Positions 36,544 to 45,903 are shown, counted from the stretch's first letter. The stretch is DNA of 64,000 nucleotides from Christensenellales bacterium (GCA_040767925.1 JAXGNN010000001.1:1088921-1152920), one strand, 5' to 3'. Notes: generated by a model not told the origin, from the sequence alone. Program-made: numbers and translations.

Positions 36544-37362
36544 ATGAAAAAGGAAAGATTTCTCGGCTGGTACTTCAAGCACCAGCGGGACGGCGAAACG
36601 GTCGCCTTCATCCCCGGCAGCGCCGCGTGCGGCGCGTTCATCCAAATGATCTACGGCGGCGGCTCCCGCCAGTTCGACGTTTCGGGCCTCACCGTGCGCG
36701 ACGGCGCGATCCGCGCCGGCAACTGCGTCTTTTCAGAACGCGGGGTAAAAATCGACTTGCCCGGCGTGCGGGGGGAAATCCGGTACGGCCCGCTGACGCG
36801 TCTGAAAACGGACATCATGGGGCCTTTCCGGCACCTGCCGATGGAGTGCCGCCACGGCGTGATCAGCATGGGGCACGCGCTCGAGGGCTCCGTCATAATC
36901 GACGGACAAACCATATCCTTCGACGGCGGCACGGGCTATATCGAATGCGACGGCGGGACTTCCTTCCCCCGATCATACCAGTGGGTGCAGTGCAACGTCT
37001 TTCCCGAGCCGTGCAGCGTCATAGCGTCCATCGCGGAGATCCCCTTCCTCGGGCTGCGCTTCACGGGCTGCATCTGCGCAATCGTATACCAGGGGAAAGA
37101 ATACCGCATCGCCACCTACCGGGGCGCGCGCATACGCGCCGCGACGCCGGAGCACATCCGCCTTTCTCAGGGCAGGCTGCTATTGGAGGTCAACATCGTG
37201 AACGGCGCCCCGGGCCATCCACTCAAATCCCCCGTGCGCGGCCGCATGACGGGGATCATCCGCGAGAGCAACTGCGCCTCGGCCCGTTTCCGGCTCTGGG
37301 AGGGCGGCAGGCAGGTCTTCGACCTCACGGGCGAAAACGTCGGGTACGAGTATGTGCGCTAG
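36544..37362 (+). CDS. hypothetical protein, tocopherol-cyclase-like (GWYFK N-terminus)
   Basis: The true start MKKERFLGWYFKHQRDGE at 36544 resembles the N-terminus of bacterial tocopherol-cyclase-family proteins. This assignment comes from memory of the motif only. Confidence 0.35.
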   Translation: MKKERFLGWYFKHQRDGETVAFIPGSAACGAFIQMIYGGGSRQFDVSGLTVRDGAIRAGNCVFSERGVKIDLPGVRGEIRYGPLTRLKTDIMGPFRHLPMECRHGVISMGHALEGSVIIDGQTISFDGGTGYIECDGGTSFPRSYQWVQCNVFPEPCSVIASIAEIPFLGLRFTGCICAIVYQGKEYRIATYRGARIRAATPEHIRLSQGRLLLEVNIVNGAPGHPLKSPVRGRMTGIIRESNCASARFRLWEGGRQVFDLTGENVGYEYVR

Positions 37363-37430
37363 GAACCGATCCGTCATCTGCGTGCGGGGGTCCGGCTGGA
37401 GCAATAGCGAAATTGATGCGGTCCATATCG

Positions 37431-38186
37431 CTATTTTGCGCACAGCATAAGATACGAAGAAGTAAGCTGCAGATAACCGCGCTCGTTGTGCGCGATATCC
37501 GCCCAATCAAGAACCGCGGCAAGCACAAACACGGGATCAAACACCGATTGACCCTTGCTTTTGCCGGCGTAGTTTTTTGCGACGGCCCCCACCACAGTCG
37601 TTTCCTCACAGCCGCCTTCACCCAATCGATAATTGCGTCCATTCCCTTTATATGCTTTACCGCCGTTTTGCTTAAGCAAATCCACGATAACGTCAAATAC
37701 CGCAAACTCATAGGGCGGCGTAATGGGCAACTGATCGCAGAGAAAGCTCTTCCCGTCCCTTTCCATGCGTATTTCATATAGCTTGCCATTAATAGAACGC
37801 ACCTCCGCTTTGCCGCCCGCCTGGATAAGCTTTGCCTTGATGATTTCCGACGCCTTTGAACTGGTTGCATCCATTTTCACGTTCAGCATGTTAGCTTCCT
37901 CCATTTCCACATTTTCCGTTTCTGTTGTCAGGCGCAATTTTACGAGTATTTGGTTAAGCGCCTTCTTCGCATAGGGATATGAGATACCGAGTTCGTCCTG
38001 CACGGCTTTTAAATTGCCTTCGTTTCGAAGGAATACAAGTAAAAAATACAGTTGTTCCTGCGCTAAAAAATCAAATCGCGATCGTTCAAAGCGATTCTTG
38101 AGTTCCAGCCCGCACTGATCACAAACGAGTACTCTTACAGAAAGCTCTTCTCCGCATGCAGGGCAGCATCCGATCATTTTTGCCAT
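37431..38186 (-). CDS. DUF2089-type zinc-ribbon/HTH protein fused to an uncharacterised C-terminal domain
   Basis: CPACGEELSVRVLVCDQCGLEL zinc ribbon, then LAQEQLYFLLVFLRNEGNLKAVQDELGISYPYAKKAL HTH, then about 130 aa of unknown domain. GC content is visibly lower than in the neighbouring genes. Confidence 0.55.
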   Translation of the reverse strand: MAKMIGCCPACGEELSVRVLVCDQCGLELKNRFERSRFDFLAQEQLYFLLVFLRNEGNLKAVQDELGISYPYAKKALNQILVKLRLTTETENVEMEEANMLNVKMDATSSKASEIIKAKLIQAGGKAEVRSINGKLYEIRMERDGKSFLCDQLPITPPYEFAVFDVIVDLLKQNGGKAYKGNGRNYRLGEGGCEETTVVGAVAKNYAGKSKGQSVFDPVFVLAAVLDWADIAHNERGYLQLTSSYLMLCAK

Positions 38187-38525
38187 TCTCCCACCTCACT
38201 TTCTGTATGTATAATAATACTAATCTAATAATATATCAATATTAGAATTAATATTATTTATCCTAATTCTGTTTTAGATTATTTTTTCTTTTCCATTATT
38301 ACTGCGATGCCACCCTTGCCGTCGGCAGCAGCCTCAAGGCTTCAAAACACCGCGCCCGCGTTGCGCTGGAGGCGCGTATGCTCCACGGCGCGAAAGAAAC
38401 CCGCCATGCGGCCGGCTAAGCGGGGCGCAGAACGTTGTACGCAGCGCAGCACGTATGTTATCATTCTAATCAATTACCCTGTGCCGATCCGCGCGAAGCG
38501 GCGGCAAGGGCTTTCCGAGGCGAAT

Positions 38526-38933
38526 ATGCAGTGCAGAACCTATCCCCTCAACGAGCTGGAATCCTATAAATTCGTGGTCGTATTATCCCGATGCGGCGGA
38601 AAGATCATGCTGAGCCGGCGCCGGGGAAGGAAAACCTGGGAAACGCAGGGCGGGCATATCGAAGCGGGCGAGACGCCCATCGGCGCGGCGAGACGGGAGC
38701 TCTATGAGGAGTCCGGCGCGGTAAAATACCGCATCGCGCCGGCGTTCGATTACCGGGCGGGGGACGAAACCTCCGAGGCGAACGGCATGGTGTTCACGGC
38801 CGAAATCGAGGAGCTTGCGGCGCTGCCCGCAAGCGAGATGGCGGAAATCGCGTTCTTCGACGCGCTCCCGGAAAACCTCACCTATCCGGACATCACGCCC
38901 GTGCTGTTCCAGAGGGCGGAGGAGCTATTTTAG
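38526..38933 (+). CDS. NUDIX hydrolase
   Basis: Nudix box GGHIEAGETPIGAARRELYEESG. True start MQCRTYPLNE at 38526; the track ORF begins spuriously at 38307. Confidence 0.8.
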   Translation: MQCRTYPLNELESYKFVVVLSRCGGKIMLSRRRGRKTWETQGGHIEAGETPIGAARRELYEESGAVKYRIAPAFDYRAGDETSEANGMVFTAEIEELAALPASEMAEIAFFDALPENLTYPDITPVLFQRAEELF

Positions 38934-39036
38934 CGGGCGCGAAAGATGGAATAAATTGCAATTGCGCGAGGGTAGTCGCGCTCCTCCACGCTGGAAGCGA
39001 AGCATGTGCGACAGGTGAGGCGCCCAATCCATATGA

Positions 39037-39204
39037 ATTTCAATCCACGCCCCCCGCGAGGGGAGCGACGACACGTTGGATGCGGCGATCGCTGCGCTGC
39101 ACGAAATTTCAATCCACGCCCCCCGCGAGGGGAGCGACCGTAGTTCAATCCGTGCAGCCGGGATTCCACGGATTTCAATCCACGCTCCCCGCGAGGGGAG
39201 CGAC
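39037..39204 (-). CRISPR. type I-C CRISPR mini-array: 3 repeats (33 nt), 2 spacers (36 and 33 nt)
   Basis: Repeats lie at 39037-39069, 39106-39138 and 39172-39204. The minus-strand repeat GTCGCTCCCCTCGCGGGG(A/G)GCGTGGATTGAAAT ends in the I-C-typical ATTGAAAT. Plus-strand spacers are GACACGTTGGATGCGGCGATCGCTGCGCTGCACGAA and CGTAGTTCAATCCGTGCAGCCGGGATTCCACGG. Confidence 0.85.
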
Positions 39205-39370
39205 CGCTAGGTTATGTGTGCTATACGGATTATACACCAATCCATTGACTCGTGCGCGTTATTATTATGACTTTCTTTGAGAAAAAACTGAAAACACCGT
39301 ATAAATCCGGTGCGAACACGCCGGGGTTTTTATGCGCGCTTGTAGGTCGCACCGACGCCGCGTTTCGGCA

Positions 39371-39661
39371 TCATACGATGAATGGACCTCCAGGGTCATA
39401 GCCGGCTTTCGCGCCGAAATGCTGGATTTTATTTTTATAATTGTTGCCCAGATTATAGAACCTCAGACTGTCACGCTCCCGATCGATGAGCGCAACCAGC
39501 GCGGCCTGCAATCGCGCCGCCTGGACGGCATCCAACGAGCATTCGAAAACGGAATTCTGGACTCTCTGCCCGTAGTCGACGCACTTTTTCGCGACTTGCC
39601 GCAGGCGGCGTCTCCCCTCCGCCGTTTCCGTATTGACATCGTATGTTATCAACAGGATCAT
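39371..39661 (-). CDS. cas2: CRISPR-associated endoribonuclease Cas2
   Basis: MILLITYDVNTETAEGRRRLRQVAKKCVDYGQRVQNSVFEC, 96 aa. The track ORF extends upstream to 39772. Confidence 0.85.
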   Translation of the reverse strand: MILLITYDVNTETAEGRRRLRQVAKKCVDYGQRVQNSVFECSLDAVQAARLQAALVALIDRERDSLRFYNLGNNYKNKIQHFGAKAGYDPGGPFIV

Positions 39662-39668
39662 TTCCGCC

Positions 39669-40502
39669 TCACTTCCAGAAAAACGGGGGATATGCGTCCA
39701 GGTCGCCCCTAAGATATCGCGCAAGCAGCAGCGCCTGTGCATACGGAACCAAGCCCCACTGCATTTTCTCATTCAGATAAGGATGGGTGATGGTTTCCTG
39801 TTTTTTATTCTGCCACGCATTGAGTACGGTCCTGCGGGCGGCATCCTTCAAAAGGATCGCCCCGTTTTCCTTGCGGTCAAAATCGGACGCTTTCAAGGCG
39901 CGCAGGTTTACGAGCGAGAGCGCGAGCCGATCCGCGAAAACGCACCGGAACTCCTCCATGAGATCGAGCGCGAGAGAAACGCGCCCCGGCCTATCTTTAT
40001 GCAAGAAACCGACATATGGGTCCAGCCCGACCTCCCTGAGCGCACCGGCGCAATCGCCGGCAAGCAGCGAGTAGAGAAAAGAGACCAGCGCGTTCATCCG
40101 ATCTTTGGGCGGTCTGCGACTCCTGCCCTCAAAGCGAAAGCCAGGATCGTCTGCGAGAATCAGCTCGTTAAAATGCGAAAAGTAGCGTTCGGAGGCCACG
40201 CCCTCCAGCCCGCGCAGGCTGCCGGCGTCAGCGCAAGCTGCGGTCTCGCGTGTTTTCTCGGCGAGGAACCTGCAGCTTTCCTTCATTCCGGGCACATCGA
40301 CGCGCATGGGATGATCCCGCGTGAATCTCTCCAGCATCCAACGGGTATTGTGGAGTTTCGCCGTTATGAAAGACCGAGCGATCCGCACGCTCTGATCTTC
40401 ATCGTCCGCGATGCGATATTGCGTTCTGCGCAGCAGCACGTTGCCGTTCTCATTGCCGCAAACGGCTGCCATAAACCTTCCCGAGACGGAAAAGAAGCTC
40501 AT
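39669..40502 (-). pseudogene. cas1: cas1 (type I-C), 5'-truncated
   Basis: Begins inside the conserved ..SGRFMAAVCGNENGNVLLRRTQYRIADDE region. Roughly the first 60-70 residues of a normal I-C Cas1 are absent, and the 5' end overlaps the cas8c remnant. Confidence 0.7.
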
Positions 40503-41403
40503 CCTCCTCCGTCTTCGCGCGGGGATCTAGGAACTCCATGAAAGCGTCCTGATAGGCGGCCTCGCCGTTTTCCGCCCAGAAGACCACCGTGTCCCCGTTC
40601 ATGATGAGACGATGCTCGGGGTCTCCCAAAAGGTGATTGAGAGCAGAAGTGTACGCGAACGCCGCGTATTCCGAAACGGGGGCGTTCAGGCTCTGCTCCT
40701 TGCCGTAGGACTCGTAAGCGGGCGCGTTGAAGCTGACCAGCGAGGCCCCGCTCGACTGCGCCCCGCGCACGCCCTTGACTTTGGGATGGGTTGCGGCGAG
40801 AGGCTGCCCCTCCCGCCCCGTGACGAGGCATTGGCCGGTCGTCTCGCTTTGGTTGCAGGAACGGTAACTCTCCCACGCGGCGCGGATATCGGGATCCTCG
40901 AAGGCAAAGCGCCCGTCCGGCGACAGGAACGCGAGGTTCGCTCCGGAGACGAGCTCCTCCCAATAGAGCTTCAATGCCGGATGTCCCGCGGCCTGTAAGG
41001 GGCGCCAGCTTTCAAAAAATGCCCGCACGGCGGCCGCAGCCTCCCCGGACGCGCCACCCAAAACCTCGAGATGGAGCGCGCGCGCCGCCTCAAAACAAAC
41101 CTGAGAGCGCTCGGGCCTGCCCTTCTCGTCGACGCCCAGCAGATACGACGAGTTGTCGCAAAGAAAATTCGCCGCGACGCCCGAAGAGCGAACGACCGGC
41201 TCCGGCACGGGGAAGGATTGCGGCCTCTCGTAGGTCCTGTTGCCCTGCTGCACGCTCTGTTTGAGCGTGACAATATTGTCTATCCCGCCGTCCCGGGAGA
41301 GCCAGAGGCCGAACGAGACGCCCAATTTCGCGTAGTTCAGCGGCGCGATCTCGCCCCGCTCGGCAAGGGTCTCGTAATAACGCGCCAAAGCCTGCAGGAT
41401 CAT
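40450..41403 (-). pseudogene. cas8c: cas8c/csd1, 3'-truncated (about half length)
   Basis: Canonical start MILQALARYYETLAERGEIAP at 41403 (ATGA overlap with cas5). Only 317 codons are present, whereas Cas8c proteins are normally about 600 aa. The reading frame runs into cas1 sequence and stops at 40450. Confidence 0.7.
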
Positions 41404-42062
41404 ACCGTCACCCCGCATTCCCGAAGGTCCAGGAGGCCGTCGACGAGCTTCGCGCGAAAGAACACGGGCCTGAGGTCCTCCGGGTCGGAATAATCCATCC
41501 CGAAGAGCATATAGCCCAACTCCCGCGTACCCTGAAGCTCCTCGTGAGGCGGCGGCAGCGCACCCTCGTACGGCCGTACGTTTGCGGGGAACTCCCGACA
41601 TCCAAAATAGGGCTGCATGAAGGTCTTCCCGCGCTTGAGGCGCTCCATCGTCTGCGCATAAAACTTCTCGGGCGTGTCCCCGGGGTTCGCCTTGTCTGTC
41701 ATGTCGAAGTGGGCGGAGATGATGTACCGCACGTCCGTCAGCACCGTCGAGGCGCGCTGCTGGATTTCCCTGGACGCGTCGATGTACAGCGCTCGGGCGT
41801 CCCCGCCGTACGCCGCCTTGAGGTCGCCTGCGAGCACCTTCGCCTTGACCTCGTTTCTGCGGATGTTCGTGAAGCGTATGGGGTTGCACACGAATATGCT
41901 GTCCACCACCCAGCGCATGCCGGGATGAAAGAAGACAGCCTCGACCAGCCCGCGCGCCGCGCTCGGCGTCATCACTTCGTAGGACGCCCTTTCGGTCTTG
42001 AGCTCCGGCCTCGAGAACAGCGCGTAATCGCCCCACGCCTCCAAGCGTATGCCATAAGCCAT
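41400..42062 (-). CDS. cas5: CRISPR-associated protein Cas5, subtype I-C (Cas5d)
   Basis: MAYGIRLEAWGDYALFSRPELKTERASYEVMTPSAARGL is the typical Cas5d N-terminus. 220 aa. Confidence 0.85.
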   Translation of the reverse strand: MAYGIRLEAWGDYALFSRPELKTERASYEVMTPSAARGLVEAVFFHPGMRWVVDSIFVCNPIRFTNIRRNEVKAKVLAGDLKAAYGGDARALYIDASREIQQRASTVLTDVRYIISAHFDMTDKANPGDTPEKFYAQTMERLKRGKTFMQPYFGCREFPANVRPYEGALPPPHEELQGTRELGYMLFGMDYSDPEDLRPVFFRAKLVDGLLDLRECGVTV

Positions 42063-42113
42063 TTCATCGCCTTCCTTTCATAGCTGTTATATCAATCCGA
42101 ACAACGCGCCCGT

Positions 42114-44278
42114 TCAGGCATAGATACCGACGCCCGCGGAATCCGGAATTCGCAGACCGATTTCATTTGAGTACAGGGAAGTATCGCGCAGTACCGCAAT
42201 CCCTTCGCCCACCAACTCGAGCGCGCCGAGCGCGCGCAGCGCGTTGAACTGCCCTTCATAGAGCGAGACGGAGTGCCTCGCCGCCTCCCGCATGAGGCGG
42301 CGGGAGGCGACGCCCCGTTTCAGCGCCTCCGCGATGCCCCGCGCGCCGTCGTCCAGCGCGACGAGTACGGGGCGCGTGGGCGCGTCTATGACGCGGAACT
42401 GCCGGGCGACCTGCGCGAAGGGGATCATCAGTCCGTTCCGGGCGCATGCGTCCAGCGCGTGAACGATGCGCTGCGCGTCCAGCGCCTCTCCCCTGAACGC
42501 GTACAGCGCCGTGAAATACTTCTGGATCGCCTCGGGCGAGGCGATGTCAACACAATCCTTTGCGACGCTGCGCGCGACGTCCACCGGCTGCCTGAGCGAC
42601 GCGGCGCGCCTTGAGACATAGCGCTCCTCCGGCCGGAAAACATACACGACGGCGTCGTCAGGCGAAAGCCTGCCCTCGCGGTTGCAGCGCCCGGCCGCCT
42701 GCACAATCGAATCGATGCCCGCCTCCTCGCGGAAAACGCAAGGAAAATCCACATCCACGCCCGCCTCGATGAGGCTTGTAGAAACCACGCGGCATGGCAG
42801 GCCCTCGATCAGCCGCGCACGGATCACTTCCAGCACCGCTTTTCGATGCTCCGGCGTCATCAGTGTGGAAAGGTGGAATCTACCATCGCCGGCAAGCCCG
42901 TGATAGAGCGCCTGCGCCTGCGCGCGGGTATTGACGATGCAAAGCGCGCGATCCGTCGCATTGAGGCGTCCGATCAGTTCCGCGTCCGTCATTTCCCCCG
43001 CGAATGCGAAGCGCACCCGGCGGAGCGCAGCATACAAGGCCTTATGGTCCGCGCAGATCTCCCGCGGGCGGAGCGGGGGATCGAAGAGACCATCAAGCGC
43101 GGGTTGCGTGGCGCTGCAGAGCACGGCGGTGCAGCGGTAATTGCGCACAAGCTCTTCAATGGCGCGGATGCACGGCAGCATCAGATCTATGGGGAACATC
43201 TGCGCCTCGTCGAAGATTACGACGCTGTTGGCGATGTTGTGCAACTTGCGGCAGCTTGAAGGCGAGTGGCCGAAGAGCGATTCGAAGAATTGCACGTTGG
43301 TGGTCACAACTATGGGCAAGTCCCAGTTTTCCGCGGCGAGGCGGTAAACGTTCCTGTCCTCGTCGCCGCCGTCATACCGGGCGTTGCTGTGATGCTCCAG
43401 CACGTTTTCCGGTCCGAGCGCTTCCCGGAACACCTTCGCCGTCTGGTCGATGATCGAAGTGTATGGTATGACGTAAATGACGCGCCGAAGCCCGTTTTGC
43501 ACCGCATGGTTGAGCGCGAAGGCGAGCGAGGAGAGCGTCTTCCCCCCGCCTGTGGGCACGGTGAGGGAGAACAGCCCGCGCGGCTGCGCTGCGCGCGTCA
43601 TGCAAGCCTCGAGAACCTCTTTTCTTTTAACCGCCAGCGCGTCTTTCGGCCCGCCAAACAGGCCGAGCCGCGCTTCAAGCCGCCCGAGAAGCGTCCGCAG
43701 GTCGGCCTGGGGCAGCGTGCGCAAGGGCTCGTCCCGCATGAACGCTTCGGTGTCGAGGTAGTCCGCGTCCACCAGACACGAGAATACCATCCGCGTCCAG
43801 AACGCATAAGAAAAACCTTTGTGCTGCGGCGCATGGTCGAGCGCGGGCAGGCTGGGATTCAACTCTATTTCACCGATGGCATCCGCGTATGCTAGATAAT
43901 TTCCCTCTCGCCCGAGCTGCCGCTTGAGCTTGCCCATCAGCGTGGGCATATCCTCGGCGTCGCTTGACGCGCCGCCGTCCGGCAGGCCGCGTGATGCCCT
44001 GCCGCGCAGTACGCAAGCAGGCGCGCCGCCGGACGATGCGCTGATTCATAAAGCTCCGCGGCTGCCGCCGAATGTTCCACCCGGATCGGCTCGCCGTGCA
44101 AGCGCCTCTGTCCGTCAGGTGCGCATTTCCCCACGTCATGCGCAAGGCCGACCGAAAACGCCTGAGCCTGCGCCCCGAACTCCGAGGCGAAATCCGCTGC
44201 AAGCCGAGCGACGTTCCGGGCATGCTCCTCAAAAGGCTGCTCGCGCCCGTCCTCACTCGTATGCGCGATTAAATCCAT
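42114..44278 (-). pseudogene. cas3: cas3 (HD nuclease + DEAD/DEAH helicase) interrupted by a single-base frameshift
   Basis: The HD part (44278-43937, LAHDVGK ... AGHH) and the remainder (43949-42114; VDADYLDTE, helicase motifs PTGGGKT, DEAQ) are in different frames. Reading across 43985-43995 in the other frame restores the canonical GHH(A/R)GLPDGG. Confidence 0.8.
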
Positions 44279-44516
44279 ATGATGCTCCTTTTACGTTGTA
44301 TGCTTATGAAGGCGTCCCTGTTTCCGATACCGCTATTATCCGGCATGATCTGTACAATAAAAAGGACCGGAGATGCCGATGTACGCTTTTTTACAAGATT
44401 AGATTATCATATTTTATCATATTACGAAAAAAACAGGTATATCTGCGTTTGATTTCGACATAATCCGATAAGCGCCCTCTATCGGGAAGCAGCATCCCTC
44501 AACGCGCGTCGCCGTA

Positions 44517-44541
44517 TGAAAAAAGCCGATGTCCTCGGCTT
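44517..44541 (-). terminator. intrinsic terminator downstream of cysE
   Basis: The minus strand reads AAGCCGA-GGACA-TCGGCTT followed by TTTTTTC. Confidence 0.6.
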
Positions 44542-44579
44542 TTATCTCCAGACGATGCGGTTATGCCGCAGAGCGCCCC

Positions 44580-45464
44580 CTACAACGTCTCCAGCCCGCC
44601 GTCCGCCGGGCCGTAATAGACCTTCTGCCCCGCCTCGACGGAATGCGTGAGCCACACGTTGCCGCCGATGACGGCGCGCGCGCCGATCTTCGTCCGCCCG
44701 CCGAGTATGGTCGCCCCGGCGTAGATGACGACGTGGTCGCCGATGTCCGGATGCCGCTTGGTGCCCTTGATGGGGTGGCCGTCCTCATCGAGATCGAAGC
44801 TCTTCGCGCCGAGCGTCACGCCCTGATAAAGCTTGACGTGCGCGCCGATGGTGCAGGTTTCCCCGATGACGACGCCCGTGCCGTGGTCGATGAAGAAATA
44901 ATCTCCGATCCCGGCGCCGGGGTGAATGTCTATGCCCGTGATCTGGTGTGCGTACTCGGTCATCATGCGCGGGATGAGCGGCACTTTGAGCTCGTAGAGC
45001 CTGTGGGCGAGGCGGAAGATGCTGACCGCCTCGAAGGCGGGGTACGCGAGCATGATCTCATCCTTGGATTTGGCCGCGGGGTCCCCCTCGTAGGCCGCGG
45101 CGATGTCCGTCTCGAGCGTTTTGGCGATGGCGGGCAGGCTGCCGATGAAGGCGTTGATGCAGTCGTCCGCGCCGCCGCAGCCGGGGTCGACCGCGTGGAT
45201 CATCTCCCCGAGGACCAGCGCCGCCTGGTTGAGGTAGTTGCTGATGACGCTCTGCGCGTCCGCGCCGGTGACATCCGCGCCGAAAATCTGCGGATACATC
45301 GCGCTTCGGACAAGCAGTATCAGCTTTACGACCTTCTCCTTGAGGCCGGGCCGGTTGATCGAGCCCGCGCGGAAGGAGGCGTGTATCGAAGCGAGCTCCT
45401 TCGAGGCGTTGTAGATGCAGCTCGCGCGCCTGTCGGCTTTGTCTTCCATGTTGGTCACCGTCAT
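44580..45464 (-). CDS. cysE: serine O-acetyltransferase (long form)
   Basis: 294 aa. Hexapeptide-repeat C-terminal half [28 protein letters not shown]...[14 protein letters not shown]. Confidence 0.85.
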   Translation of the reverse strand: MTVTNMEDKADRRASCIYNASKELASIHASFRAGSINRPGLKEKVVKLILLVRSAMYPQIFGADVTGADAQSVISNYLNQAALVLGEMIHAVDPGCGGADDCINAFIGSLPAIAKTLETDIAAAYEGDPAAKSKDEIMLAYPAFEAVSIFRLAHRLYELKVPLIPRMMTEYAHQITGIDIHPGAGIGDYFFIDHGTGVVIGETCTIGAHVKLYQGVTLGAKSFDLDEDGHPIKGTKRHPDIGDHVVIYAGATILGGRTKIGARAVIGGNVWLTHSVEAGQKVYYGPADGGLETL

Positions 45465-45593
45465 ATATCGGCCTTCATTTCCTACTAAATTAATAAGAAT
45501 TATAGTTCAATAAACATATGCAGTCAATAGGTTTATTGAGCGGATAATATTTAATATGACATGCGATTCGAATTGCTACTACAAATATATAAA

Positions 45594-45616
45594 AAGCGGC
45601 GCAGGCGCGCCGCTCC
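45594..45616 (-). terminator. hairpin H copy 1 with U-tail on the minus strand (likely the original cysK terminator)
   Basis: AAGCGGCGCAGGCGCGCCGCTCC. On the minus strand the AGCGGCGC/GCGCCGCT stem is followed by TTTTTATATATTT. Confidence 0.5.
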
Positions 45617-45857
45617 TGGCTGTCGAAAACCCGGGGATTGTCAAGGGGGCGCGCCCCTTGACTTTAATCCGGCTTTGACGAACAAGGTGAATTGCCGCAA
45701 AGCGGCAAGAGAAGATGCCCTGGGGCACATGTGCGTCAAAACGGATGAAAGCCGTAGGCTTTCGAACTTTTCACGCTTTGCCGCCCGGAAATGCGAAGCA
45801 TTTTAGGCGAAGCGTGTAATCTCAAAGAAGTGGCAAGGCCACTTCTTTGACAAGCTG
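45617..45857 (+). repeat. structured intergenic repeat element, copy A (multiple stem-loops)
   Basis: Module 1 is 45630-45674 (hairpin GTCAAGGGG..CCCCTTGAC) and module 2 is 45740-45762 (GAAAGCC-GTA-GGCTTTC). Extra hairpins are TTGCCGC-AAA-GCGGCAA and a 12-bp stem at 45823-45849. Modules 1 and 2 recur inverted at 50601-50688. Confidence 0.55.
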
Positions 45858-45880
45858 AAGCGGCGCAGGCGCGCCGCTCC
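45858..45880. repeat. hairpin H copy 2 (exact 23-nt direct repeat of 45594-45616)
   Basis: Identical AAGCGGCGCAGGCGCGCCGCTCC located 264 bp from copy 1, immediately downstream of the cysK stop. It has no U-tail. Confidence 0.6.
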
Positions 45881-45903
45881 GGCTTTGTAATCCCAAGAAT
45901 AGT

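Noticed and set aside
38934-39036. Possible extra degenerate CRISPR repeat distal to the array (GTCGCGCTCCTCCACGC...).
   Set aside because: It is on the wrong strand relative to the array repeats and matches only a few bases.
38930-39280. Track ORFs overlapping the CRISPR array (38930-39178 minus strand, 39080-39280 plus strand), with repeated PRGGRGLKF or STPPARGAT peptides.
   Set aside because: The internal peptide repeats are just translations of the CRISPR repeats.
44529-45488. 319-aa plus-strand ORF opposite cysE. Similar long antisense ORFs lie at 32973-34085, 51783-53039, 57305-58732, 58674-59789, 60753-61835, 19042-20322, 26132-27244 and 8564-9790.
   Set aside because: Each lies antisense to, or out of frame with, a gene carrying strong family motifs. 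Their Arg/Gly/Asp/His-rich composition marks them as high-GC shadow ORFs.
45561-45806. 81-aa ORF inside the structured repeat element.
   Set aside because: It has no RBS, crosses several strong hairpins, and its sequence similarity to the second copy lies at the DNA-structure level and in the opposite orientation.
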